64,000 bases of DNA from Octopus sinensis (GCF_006345805.1 NC_043011.1:55316464-55380463), one strand, 5' to 3'. Counted from the stretch's first letter, positions 36,465 through 49,033 are shown. Program-made: numbers and translations. Notes: generated by a model not told the origin, from the sequence alone.

Positions 36465-36612
36465 ACCTATCCATTCTTGTTGCTTCTTTCTCGCTTATAA
36501 TCACCCCACATTACTGTATTGTTAAAACAGTATAGTTTTTTTTTGGTGCATCTAAGTTAGGTACCATATTCAAGTAAATTCATTTAAATTAACTTGAATC
36601 TTTATTGCTTTT

Positions 36613-36647
<35 letters not shown>

Positions 36648-37045
36648 CCTCCTCAGGCACAAACACATCATACATGCAGTGGAACTTCTGCCAACCAAAT
36701 TCACTCAAAAGTCTCTGATCAACCATGGTAGAGGACACCCTGTCCAAGATACCACACTAGACTGAATCTAGAACCATGTGGTTGGGAGGGGAACTTCTTA
36801 CCACACAGCCATAGATGTGTGTGTGTGTTAGCTAAAAGCTGACCTGTCTTGATCCGATTTAGGCAAACCTTATCCTGGTTTCCCTAGCATATAATTGCAG
36901 GGTTAACCCTTCAGTTATTACTGGTACTCAATTTCCACTGAGTGGGGAATTGAAGCAATATGAAGTGAAGTGTTTTGCTCGATGGCACAATGTGCCATCC
37001 ACTTCTAAAAAATAAATCCATGACCTTACAATTATAAGCCCAATG

Positions 37046-37464
37046 GGATCTTTTCAGTTTGAATGGCAGTTTTTAACATAATTTCTAGGTAACTAAAAAA
37101 TTTTAAACTTTGTATACTGGTAGAATGTGTTTATAAAACATCTTTTTCTCTTGGCTTTATTGAGAAACTTCTATGGTTTGTAAGATATTTGTTGTTTTTT
37201 TTTTCTTCAATTTCTGCAATTTCAACCAATCAGTGACGTCTATTGAGGTAAAAACATTCTGTGCCGTATGAATATGTCCCTCGTTTAAGAAACAGATTGG
37301 GTTTATTTACATTTGTGAAGAAAAAAAGATACCCTTCCTCCCACACCTAACCCTAACCCTAAAACAGATTGAAATGCAATAGATCGATACTAGGGTCATA
37401 ATTATGGGTGACAATTTCATATGACACCACTAGAAAAAAACTGCCGTTCAAACCGAAAAGATCC
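37046..37464. mobile_element. MITE family N (GGATCTTTTC(A/G)GTTTGAA(T/C)GGCAG TIR) with 8-bp TSD GCCCAATG
   Basis: TIRs at both ends; TSD at 37038-37045 and 37465-37472; copy at 58325-58733. Confidence 0.9.
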
Positions 37465-39126
37465 GCCCAATGTCCTAATAAGGCGACACACCAGAACATA
37501 CACACACATAGGGAGAGAGAGAGGGAGAGAATGAAGAAGAGCAAGAGACGGAGTAAGATAATGTAAAAACAAGTCTTGAGAGGTAAACAAAGACAAATAG
37601 ATGGACAGTGAGCCGAGCGATAAAGGAGAGAGGAATATTGTTCGTGAGAAGCCTACAGAAACTGTGGGAGAAAATAAAAGATAAAATGAGAAAGCTATAA
37701 AATGGATGTAGGTATGAAAATGTTGTAGAGGCAGTAAGATGAAGATAATTAACAGTTATGGTTTATTTGTCTCAATAAAATTTGGTGAAACATAAATAAA
37801 TAATGGTGCAGTTTTATGAGACAATATGATTAACCAGCTGAAATATAATAAGAAGGTGTTGTTTATAAGATTTTTATAGAAGAAGAATATGAAAAATAAT
37901 GCCTTACATCTTCTTTGTTACTTTTAGTTTCCATAAATGTAAAGAACCGTGAATTTCTGTTGAGTGAGAGATTAGCTTTTAAAAGCAGCCACCACGACCA
38001 CCACCACTGACAGCATGAAGCAAATCAGACCCTTTTTTTTCTGTTTCTAACTTTATCAGTGGATAAGATTGTTGTGTCAGTCAGATGACAGAGAACAAGG
38101 GTAAAAAAAAGAGAAGAAAAAGAGGTTTTAAAAAGTAGGGGGGAGGGAGGGATTAACTCTAATGTTAATTGTTGTTGCTAATCTGTTACAAGTGATAATC
38201 CGTTACAAGTGAGGTATTGTAAACCATTTTGAAAATGGTGGGAAATAATCTGCTTGAATTTAAAGGATGTTACTTTATGATTGTAGCTGTGGGCAAGATC
38301 AGATCATTTGTGAAGAGGAACCTAACCCTTACCCTAACCCTAACCCTTCCAAATAGTATAAAATTTTATGTTAAAGGTAGAACTTAGTAGTCGCTTTATA
38401 TTGTCCTCAGTTTCCTGTGTTGCGTTGTTAAGATAGGAATTTGTTTACAGGTCAACTGGATATAAATTAGATTCTATTTTGTATATTGTTACAAGAGAGC
38501 TTTTGTGTTTTATGGCCAATGAGGTTGTCTTCAAATTAAGGGGAGAAATCATTTTTGTTTATACAAATACATGAAGAGATGAAGAGAGCATCGAAAAACA
38601 TGAAATATATGCATTTAATGTGTATTGATGCCAATCCACATGAGACCATCTCTGGTTCAGTGAAACAAAATCTTTTGTTTTAAAATGTTCAAATTTGAAT
38701 TACAGCTTTTTGTTAAAATTTTATGCAAGAAACCGCTTCGTTAAGAGATTAATTAACACACTCACTGGTTCAATTTCCACTAATTTATGATTTCTTTTTT
38801 TCTAGAATTTTCATTGCTTCTTGCAACCTCTTCAATGCTTTGTTAAGATATGTTCAAAACAACAAGTTTCTACCTTCATTGAGCCATCAGGTTGATGACT
38901 AACCCCTGTTGATTTCCTAAACAAACCCTACATGGAATTTTTGGGGTAGAATACAAAAGTGATTTCACCCCTATAACCTTCTTTTACATTTTTCTTCTTT
39001 TTTTTTCAAGACAGAGACAGCCAATTCTGAGAGAGAAGAAAGAATCGGCCCTAGTATATGGTACTGGTAATTTATTTATCAATCCTGAAAAAAAAAGGGA
39101 ACTTTCAGTTTGTTGGTCCCTTGCTG

Positions 39127-39430
39127 GGATCTTTTCGCTTTGACTGGCAGATTTTTAAAATAATTTCTTTGTAACTAAACATTTTTGAACTTCGTATACT
39201 GGTAGAATGTGTTTATAAAACATCACCAGAAAATGTTGTTGACAACGATCCGGCAGAAATTGAATTCACCTCAATAGACGTCACTGATTGGTCGAAATTG
39301 CCGAAATGCAAGAAATTAAAGTGCTTACAAACTACAGAATTTTCTCAAGAAAGCCAAGAGAAAAAGATGTTTTATGTAACACATTCTACCAGTATACAAA
39401 GTTTAAAAGTGTTTAGTTACAAAGAAATCC
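39127..39430. mobile_element. Long-TIR relative of MITE family N, right end truncated
   Basis: About 100-bp left arm repeated in inverted form; opposite orientation to 43416-43722. Confidence 0.75.
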
Positions 39431-39601
39431 ATATGGATAAAGACAGAAAGCACACAGAAACCTGCTTCCTCCAAGTAATGCCACAGTAGAGATGGTAGGT
39501 TCACAGCAGAATGAGTGCGTAATATGAGATTAATTCAGTTGTAGCTGTTTCACTTTCCCCAATAATAACCTCCAGGAAAAGAGTGAACATCACAGCTTCC
39601 A

Positions 39602-40006
39602 TTAACCCTTTCGTTACCAACCTGGCTGAAACCGGCTCTGGCTCTGAGTACAAATATCTTGTTTTCATAAGTTTTGAATTAAAATCTTCCACCAAACCTT
39701 AGTCACAATTGATGTTCCTAACACTAGCTGAATGATAACTAAGTTATTTTACTAAATTCTTTGTTATATTTAAAATTAATTGAAAGAAACACAGAACATC
39801 TCAACAGAAATATGGTAAAAGGGTTAAAATATATAACAGAGAGACAAACCTTAGTCACAATTGATGTTCCAAACCTTAGTCACAATTTATGTTCCTAACA
39901 CTAGCTGAATGATAACTAAGTTATTTTGTTAAATTCTTTGTTATATTTAAAGTAATTGAAAGAAACACAGAGCATCTTAAAATAAATACAGTAACGAACG
40001 GGTTAA
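39602..40006. mobile_element. piggyBac-type MITE family I, composite dimer
   Basis: TTAACCCTTTCGTTAC ... GTAACGAACGGGTTAA with an internal GGGTTAA end at 39827; reverse-complement counterpart at 50145-50622. Confidence 0.8.
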
Positions 40007-40094
40007 TGATCAACCACTGATTGATAATGCTCAGATCATCAAGGATTTTTTTAATTTAACTAATGCATGGGATAAATAAACATTATTTAACAAT

Positions 40095-40235
40095 TGCAGC
40101 GTGGAAGGTGTTTATAAGCCATTTAAGAAACACACAAAAACCATTAGATTCACTTCAACATTTAAATTTAATCTGCCAAAATATTTTCGGCGCTTTGAGA
40201 CGGCTACCTGTTCACTGACAAAATTCTGTGCTGTG
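40095..40235. mobile_element. MITE family H copy
   Basis: Collinear with 24749-24894. Confidence 0.65.
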
Positions 40236-40614
40236 TATGTTGAGAGGTGAGAGAAGGAAATCAAGTCAAGCTAGTTGGATATTGCATCCAGAAAAGACAG
40301 AGTCAAGAAAAAAGGCCTATAGTCACGTGTGGTCAACAGGCAAAGTGGAAAACTACTGCTAGATATCAAGTAAGGAAACACAATCAAAAATAAATAAATA
40401 CATATATTGATATACACACATATGTAGACCATTTCTATCTATCTATCTATATATATAATATAATATAAATAAATAAATTTAAAGGAAAATAATTGATGTT
40501 TTTTTTTCTCTTATGAGGCTTTTCACGCTAACTACTTGATAAATTCTTATGAAAATTTTATCCTATTTTTAAATTATAATTATATATATATATATATATT
40601 TATTATATAGAAGG

Positions 40615-40665
40615 AGCTTCTACAGGATTAGAACTGTTTCATTCAAGAGAAATCATCAGGAAGCT
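40615..40665 (-). ncRNA. Putative type I hammerhead ribozyme (mirror copy)
   Basis: Reverse complement of 40662-40712; the single difference is in the stem III loop. Confidence 0.7.
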
Positions 40666-40712
40666 TCCTGATGATTTCTCTTGAATGAAACAGTTCTAGT
40701 CCTGTAGAAGCT
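40662..40712 (+). ncRNA. Putative type I hammerhead ribozyme
   Basis: Stem I AGCTTC/GAAGCT; CTGATGA (40668-40674); stem II TTC(TCTT)GAA with a U.U closing pair; GAAA (40687-40690); stem III ACAG/CTGT; GUA site at 40706. Confidence 0.72.
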
Positions 40713-40795
40713 CCTTCTATATAATAAATTAATTTTACTCTGCTATGTATTGAGTACCTTATTTACTGTGGTTAACCCCGAATCAACCCGGGACC

Positions 40796-40826
<31 letters not shown>

Positions 40827-40864
40827 GGAAACTGAAGCTTGTACAATATATATATATATATTGT

Positions 40865-41020
40865 TCAAGCTTCAGTTTCCATATACCAATTCCATTCACA
40901 AGGCTTTGATTAGCCCATGGCTGTAGTAGAAGGCACTTACCCAAGATGCCATGCAGTGGGACTGAACCTGAGGCCCCATGATTGTGAAGTGAAAATCTTA
41001 ATCACCCAGTTATGCTTGTG
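40865..41020 (-). mobile_element. Degenerate SINE family C 5' half
   Basis: TTCAGTTTCC...CACAAGGCTTTG...GTGGGACTGAACC. Confidence 0.7.
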
Positions 41021-41704
41021 TCATGCAACTACAAGTAACTTAAAATTTCCTATAAAACATCAAAAACTGAGTCTATCCATTTTATGCTGCCAGCACATAA
41101 TATAAAACAATTGCATTATATCGGTATACAACAAGAATTTCCACTTCTCTCTCAAAGTTTATATGGTGTTATGTGTAACTCACAAAAAGAAAGAAGAAAA
41201 TGATGTCAGACCAAACAGATTTCTTTTAGCGTTTCAAAATAGTTTCTTAAACAATCTTTGTTGTGACCTATTTTTGGAAATATACTGAACTCTGTTCTTC
41301 CTTTTGGCATCATCTTTAGCTATCATCAGGCTTCTTTCTAAATGTCACAAATTGCACTATTATGACCCAATGATGAGAGGAGGGGAAAGAAAAAATAAAG
41401 TTGTTCTAGGTTCTGGTGACCAGCAAAAAGGTCAACCTATCTAGAATAGATATTTTAGTAAAGGAATTATAATAACGGCAGAAGCAACAGTAATGGCTGC
41501 TCTACCTTACAAGATTCACAGACAGAGACATGGAATGGGAATAACCATTCCAAGCATTAAGAGTCACATTATAAAATATTAAACAGTAAGATTTGTTGCT
41601 AAAGAATCTAATTGCAAACTAGAAAGACAATGGATCCCAAAATTCTTGTTTATTCCCTTTAACCACAAGAAACTTGTTAGCTACTGGTAATATTAAAACT
41701 TTTA

Positions 41705-41718
41705 CTCTATTATTATTA

Positions 41719-41749
<31 letters not shown>

Positions 41750-41794
41750 CATTATAATTATTATTATTATCATTATTATTATTATTACTACTTT

Positions 41795-41834
<40 letters not shown>

Positions 41835-41836
41835 CC

Positions 41837-41870
<34 letters not shown>

Positions 41871-41990
41871 TCATCATTATTATTATTATTATCTTATTAT
41901 TATTATCATTATTATCATTATTATTATTATTATTATTATTATCATCATTATTATTATTATCATTATTATTTATTATTATTATTATTATCA

Positions 41991-42056
<66 letters not shown>

Positions 42057-42058
42057 AT

Positions 42059-42122
<64 letters not shown>
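41705..42122. repeat. Compound (ATT)n-(CAT/CAC)n-(ATT)n-(AAT)n trinucleotide array
   Basis: Direct inspection. Confidence 0.95.
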
Positions 42123-42619
42123 TTGTTGTGCCTTTAAAGACTAAATATTTAGATTCAGTTGTTCCACATTTCTGGTAATTTCTTCCAAATATTTCTCACA
42201 CTGCAATCTTTCCAATCAACAGTAAACACCAAAAGGGGTTCTTTTCTCTTCACTTTTCCGTATTTTTTTCTCTTTTTGTTTGTATTTTTGCTGGAGCACA
42301 AAAGCTCTGTGGGCAAAATGGTATAAACTATTTCAAATAACCATTCTTTTAAATAGGACAAATATTTCAAATCTTCAACTAAACAGACCTTCACAAATAT
42401 TTATATATCTTTTCTCCATCTTAATACATTTTTATTCTTTATTTAACTTTCTGTCTAAACTTCACTAGATTTCCCATTGACATTTAGTTGTATGATTAAC
42501 TTTTCCTCTTTTGAGAAAAAATGAATCACTCTGCAGTTATGTAGTTTTTCTTCAAACTAAATTAAAGAATTTCAGGAAAAATATTAACAACACTAAACTC
42601 TTTCTCCCCACCCACCCAC

Positions 42620-42685
<66 letters not shown>

Positions 42686-42724
42686 TCTCCCTCTCCAGTT
42701 TGAGGAAATACAAGAAAATTTACT

Positions 42725-42938
42725 TTAACCCTTTAGCATTCAGATTACTCTGTCAAATGTAAAACCTGTTTAATCACACTGTACAGCATCTTGTAACTCT
42801 GAGATTTTGATGATGTCCCTGTTTATTTTCAGAATGACTTTGTAGGGTAAGTGTGAGAGGTCAGAGCTGGCTGGTTTGAGCATATAACAGGAAGACAATT
42901 TTGGCCAGGTATGGCCGGTTTAAACACTAAAGGGTTAA
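42725..42938. mobile_element. piggyBac-type MITE family J
   Basis: TTAACCCTTTAGCATT ... CACTAAAGGGTTAA. Confidence 0.8.
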
Positions 42939-43082
42939 GCCAAATCAAAAATCTCCCCCAAAATGGCAAACAGGATTTACACCAGAAAAATATTAGAGTC
43001 AGAACAAAAAGACTTGACTCGTGACAACTGATTCACTGATGATGACCATTTTAAAAAGAATTTGGTCGGAATCAATGCCTTC

Positions 43083-43116
<34 letters not shown>

Positions 43117-43117
43117 A

Positions 43118-43320
43118 ACCGACCAGTCTCTCACATGTTACACATGGCTGGTCAGGACATGCTCTGCGTCATCATTTTAGCCTTTGAATGACACCACCCC
43201 CACTGGCTAGGTAAGCAGGCCAACATTGCCCCTGATCCAAAGGGGAACTGGAACGAAGTGCATTGCTCAAGAACACAACATGCCACCCAGTCTGGGAATC
43301 GAACCCACGATCAAGCAACA
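43118..43320 (-). mobile_element. SINE with a family F-like tail and a D-like/CORE-like head (TTCTTGAGCAATGCAC)
   Basis: Tail matches 11321-11430; head resembles 8340-8385. Confidence 0.55.
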
Positions 43321-43415
43321 GTGAGTGCAAAAAGATGACAAAGGAACAAAAGATTATCTTATGAACTTCTTCCAAGTAACTGTAAAGAGAATGAAGTTCA
43401 AAAGATAATCGTTTT

Positions 43416-43722
43416 GGATCTTTTCACTTTGACCGGCAGATTTTTTAAATAATTTCTTTGTAACTAAATACTTTTAAATTTTGTATATTGGTGGAATGTC
43501 TTTATAAAACATCTTTTTCTCTTGGCTTTCTTGAGAAAATTCTGTAGTTTGTAAGCTATTTGTTGTTTAATTTCTTGCATTTCGGCAATTTCAACCAATC
43601 AATGACGTCTATTGAGGTAAATTCAATATCTCCGGATATTGATTTACCAGTATACAAAGTTTAAAAGTGTTTAGTTTCATGGAAATTATTTTTAAAATCC
43701 GCCGGTCAAAGCGAAAAGATCC
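43416..43722. mobile_element. Long-TIR relative of MITE family N
   Basis: About 77-bp terminal inverted repeats GGATCTTTTC...TATA(T/C)TGG; no clear TSD. Confidence 0.8.
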
Positions 43723-44137
43723 CTTGTTTGTCATCTCTTCTCTTATTACTGCTCTGTATTCGACCAATGCTTCGTTGAGAGGCATTATGGATATTGAGCT
43801 CTACACCAGGTTATTAGCATCACAATGCCTAAGAAACAAGTGTGTGTGTGCGAGTTACTATAAATTCCACCATCTAGTACACACACACACACACACACAC
43901 CAACCGGGAAAATCAGCTTGTTGCACAGTGCAGACTGAGTACATTTTATCACATTGGTGGCATCATAAAATGCACTCAGTCCGTTGAAGAATTCTTTCTA
44001 CCCTGCATCAGTTGTGATTCTGAGCCTTGGTTAGTCAGGCAACTTTCAATGGGGTTCACTGAGTTCATAGCTCCCTCATATATATTGCTCTTTTAAAGGT
44101 GGATTTGGGATTCTGCTGAAGGATGTCAGCAGCACTT

Positions 44138-44181
<44 letters not shown>

Positions 44182-44394
44182 AAGAGATGCAATGAACAAA
44201 TGATTGGTTAGCTGGAACTACCAATGCCATTGTTCAGAAATTATGCCATAAACCACATCAGTAAACATAACTGTCCAAAGTTATTGTGAACAAATATATA
44301 AAAATAAACTGTGTAGGCGCTACAATGTATACCTTTTGTATTGTATAATTCTTCTCATCTGCATTGTGACCAGGTGTATATATAGAAATACAAA

Positions 44395-44800
44395 TGAGCC
44401 GGCAGAAACGTTAGTAGGCCGGGCGAAATGCTTACCGGTATTTCGTCTGCCACTACGTTCTGAGTTCAAATTCCGCCGAGGTCAACTTTGCCTTTCATCC
44501 TTTCAGAGTCGATAAATTAAGTACCAGTTACGCACTGGGGTCGATGTAATCGACTTAATCCGTTTGTCTGTCCTTGTTTGTCCCCTCTGTGTTTAGCCTC
44601 TTGTGGGTAGTAAAGAAATAGGTATTTCGTCTACTGCTACGTTCTGAGTTCAAATTCCGCCGAGGTCAACTTTGCTTTTCATCCTTTCGGGGTCAATAAA
44701 TTAAGTACCAGTTATGCACTGGGGTCAATGTAATCAACTAAATCCCTTTGTTTGTCCCCTCTATGTTTAGCCCCTTGTAGGCAATAAAGAAATAAGAAAT
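44395..44800 (+). mobile_element. SINE family B tandem dimer (second unit headless)
   Basis: The second unit restarts at GGTATTTCGTCT (about 44621), the same arrangement as at 646-1040. Confidence 0.8.
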
Positions 44801-44917
44801 ATAAGCTCTAAAGAATTCTCAATTAATGAAACATCATAGAAATGAATGCATGTGGTTGTTTAGTAATAAAATTTCGTGGATGAAAACTGAAAGAAGCCCA
44901 TCATATGTGTGTGTGTA

Positions 44918-44957
<40 letters not shown>

Positions 44958-46157
44958 TGTGTGTGTGTGTGTTTGTGTTTATGTTTGTGTTTATGCTGCA
45001 CCACTACTTGTTAACTGGAATTGGTTTGTTTATGTCCCCAGCAGAAAGAGATTGATAAGTACCAGACTGGGGTGGTACTAGGGTGGATTTGTTTGCCTAA
45101 AACCCTTTGAGGTGGAGCCCCAGTATGGCCACAGTCCAATAGCTAAAACAAGCAAATGGTAAAAGATGAATTCTGTGAATTCTAAAAAACCCTCCGATGG
45201 CTCCACAACAAAACTTGCACAATTCCAATATTAAAAGACACGGCCAAGAATTATTCTAAGTAGATGTTGGGTTGAAATTTGAAATCAATTTATGGTAATG
45301 TTCACACTGTTTCATGCATTTTAGTCTTGTAAGAAACGGATGTTTATTTGAAACTATTTCTGTCTATAAATGTTAAACTATTTTAAACACTGATTCAACA
45401 ACTATTCATAACCAGATACAAAACTCCAACACAAACAATCACCTCCAATTACAGATTACAACATTCCTCAAAATATACCAAATGATATCTTTTTATCAAC
45501 AACAGCTGATTGTTTTGCTATTTTAAGTGGTTTCCAGATACAGAAGCAGTTTCAAGTGGATTTTCCATTTGTTCATGTGACTTCTTTGTTTTGTTTCGTT
45601 TTGTTTTTCTTTATTTTTTTGTTGTTGTTTTTTTGTAAGTTTTTATTTTGTTTTGTTTTTGTTTTTTATTCATTTCACTAAATCTTGGAAAGACATTTCA
45701 TAAAAATTAAGGATAAATAACTGAAGTGGTTGCAAAATAATTTTCAAGAGATTTAACAACTCCAATCTCAATTTCATTTCCTTTTTTGGACAATTCTGGC
45801 ATTATTTTCAAATTTCAGAAAAAAATATGAGAAGTCATAGTGAATAGAGAAGAAAGATCAGACACTGAAAAACTCTGCAGCAGCAAAACTCAGTTGCAAA
45901 GCACTGAACAAGTAGTAAATGGCCTCGGCTGAAACACTGGAAACTTATATATATATACGCTTCATAGTGTTAAGGGTGGGGGAATGAATAAACTCTGACT
46001 GCAGATACCATTCTGTCATAAGACCTTGGATGAATTCCCCATAGTTAAATAAGGCATAGAAGGCATGAAATGAAGACTTCCAAAGAAGGAAATGAATTCA
46101 AGAACTGATAAGTGAAGCAGTTCAATGCTACAAGCTGAGTAAATCATTTAAGTACAT

Positions 46158-46532
46158 ATCATCATCATCATCATCATCATCATTTAATGTCCGCTTTCTA
46201 TGCTAGCATGGGTTGGACGGTTCAAACAGGGTCTGGGAAGCCGGGAGGCTGCACCAGGCTCCAATCTTGATCTGGCAGTGTTTCTACAGCTGGATACCCT
46301 TCATAACGCCAACCACTCCATAAGTGTACTGGGTGCTTTTTACGTACCACTGGCACAGGTGCCAGGGGAGGCTGGCAACGGCCATGATTGGTTGGTGCCT
46401 TTTACGTGCCACCGGCACGGACGCCAGTCAAGGTGGTACTGGCATCGACCACATACGGATGGTGCTTTTTACGTGCCACCGGCACAGGTGCCAGGGGAGG
46501 CTGGCAACGGCCACGATCAGCTGGTGCTTTTT
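46158..46532 (-). mobile_element. RTE 3' UTR fragment (family A)
   Basis: (CAT)n tail plus duplicated GGCACAGGTGCCAGGGGAGGCTGGCAACGGCCA modules. Confidence 0.8.
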
Positions 46533-47589
46533 ATGTGCGCATACACATATTAAGTACATACACTGAGGTGTGTGCATGTGTGAATACATCAGTGTGTAAT
46601 TGCACACTTTAATTGCTCCATTAAAATATATATTTAAGTGAAGACTAACAAACTTAACATAGTGAGTGACACAAAATTTTACACCCATAATAAGAAGGAA
46701 AATCATTAGCTTCAAGGGCAGCCCTGCTCAAAGAAAATAAAGGAGAGAACACAGAAATTTAAATTGATAAAAGATTGAAGGGAGACAATGCAATAGGGAG
46801 TGAATCTGATTTTTTGTGAATACAGAGACAACTCTGGACATGTTTTGGTTTTATTAGTCCTCCTCAGTGAAGTTTAGCATATCTTTTAACTTGTTTCTTC
46901 CTTAGACTCTCAACTTGTGATGATGTGATAGGGTAACACCATAACAAACAGCATGTTTTGGGCATTTTAAAACTGGCAGATCCTATCTCTCTCCTCAGCT
47001 AATTTGAAAGAGAGAATAGAAACAAACCCAGTACACATACTTATGAAATCTTGGCAGTTATTGATTTTTGTGTGAAAATTATTTGCTGATTTAAAAAATA
47101 ATGAAATTGAAGAATTTTAATTGATAATTGAATCACAACAGCAAATGGTTTATTCAATATTTTAGCTTCTATAAGATTCGGAAGACAAATATCACTAAGC
47201 AAATTCTTCAGAGCCGTAATGAGTCCTGTCAATTAGTCACCTTGCCGAGAGATAAAATTAATCACTAGAAATATAATTAGTCACCTTACCTAGAGCTACA
47301 ATAAAATATCCACAGTGGATTTGAACTCATAAACTGATCATCTGAAACAGTTGATCATTGTTGATCAATGGTGTGCATTTTGTTATTGATTTTATCAAGA
47401 GTAGGATGGTCTGATATTTTATGTATTTTCTCACTAAAGTGGAAGTTTTATACTTCAAATATTTCACACTGAAGGAATTATAGAATCGGTTGTTGTTGCT
47501 TTCAGCCAAACAAGTCAAAGAAAAAAACAGACAAATCAGACATTGAGATGATAAAAATATGCCCCGAATGGAGCGTACAAGAAAGATGT

Positions 47590-47990
47590 GCAGGAGTGGC
47601 TGTGTGGTAAGTAGCTTGTCTACCAACCACATGGTTCCGGGTTCAGTCCCACTGCGTGGCACCTTGGGCAAGCGTCTTCTATTATAGCCTCGGGCCGACC
47701 AAAGCCTTGTGAGTGGATTTGGTAGGCGAAAACTGAAAGAAGCCCGTCGTATATATGTATATATATATATATATGCATGTGTGTGTTTGTGTGTCTGTGT
47801 TTGTCCCCTAGCATTGCTTGACAACCGATGCTGGTGTGTTTATGTCCCTGTTACTTAGCGGTTCGGCAAAAGAGACCGATAGAATAAGTACTGGGCTTAC
47901 AAAAGAATAAGTCCCGGGGTCAAGTTGCTCGATTAAAGGCGGTGCTCCAGCATGGCTGCAGTCAAATGACTGAAACAAGTAAAAGAGTAA
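47590..47990 (+). mobile_element. SINE family C, full length, low divergence
   Basis: Nearly identical to 1707-2095. Confidence 0.9.
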
Positions 47991-48957
47991 ACCATATCAC
48001 ATGCGACCTTTCTTGAAGAGCTGTAAATCAGCATTAGAATTATTAAGGGTCCTCACACAGGGCAACTTCTCTGGTGCCGGTTGCATGATAAAACAGACTG
48101 TCCATGCTGGAAGACATACACAATACCAAAATTGGCCAGTTTTGTCTGTTGTCAGAAGCAGACTGTGGTGATTCAACAAATCGATGCCAACATGGAAAAT
48201 CAGAATAAAATGATGATGATGATGATGATGATGTTGATGATGATGATGATGATGATAATAATGAGGAGGATGATGATGATGAAAGACAACAATGAAAATA
48301 AACTGGTCACAAGATTACTAAAGAATTTTGATACAAAACAATGTAGACATTAACACACAGAAAAACTAAAACAAAAAAAAGAAAAGAAAGAAATATGAAT
48401 GCAAAGCTGGTGTTTTATGGTTAAATTAAATTCTGAGGAAACAAATTTAGAATGTTTATAATTAGATAGGACAGACTTTTGGCAGTTCTATATTCCATTG
48501 ACAGAACATGTAACTAAAATGTCCTTATGTAATAAATTCCATTCTAGAAAGTAAAAATAGCCATTAGAGTTTATGTAGTTAGAATTAAGTGTGCAGACAC
48601 ACTCTTTCATATACATGTGTATGTGTGTGTGTGTGTGTGTGTGTTAAACAAGTTCTCAAATAACACACACAAGCCTTCTCTTTCCTCTATCACCAACAGA
48701 CAAAATATTAATGAAAATTTTTGCCCTCCCCCACCCACCCCTCTTTATGCAAGAAAAGACAAATTAAAGAAGCCATGTCCATAGAATTCTTCTTTCTTCA
48801 CCATGGACAAAAGAAGAAAAGAATGAATAAATCCATCTCAACGTTATTAGACATGGAGATTTGGTGGCCATTTGGAGAGCATCTGGCTACATGACATCCA
48901 CCCTAAATAAATTTCATCTGATCCATGAAGGCAAGGAAAACAAGACATCAAAAAGAT

Positions 48958-48984
48958 TATGATGATGATGATGATGATGATGGG

Positions 48985-49033
<49 letters not shown>

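Larger units (their letters stand above)
35331..36493. repeat. Near-perfect inverted repeat: 580-bp arms (35331-35910, 35914-36493) with a 3-nt spacer ATG
   Basis: Mirror coordinates sum to 71824; the ORF track gives identical ORFs at 35362-35544(-) and 36280-36462(+); one mismatch noticed (T35836/G35988). Confidence 0.97.
40598..40729. repeat. Spacer-less palindrome, 66-bp arms, centred on AAG|CTT
   Basis: Mirror coordinates sum to 81327; one mismatch (T40628/G40699). Confidence 0.97.

Noticed and set aside
37340-37362. CCCTAA telomere-like repeats (also 29030, 38320 and 58622)
   Set aside because: Only 2-4 units, and two of the cases are internal to MITE family N.
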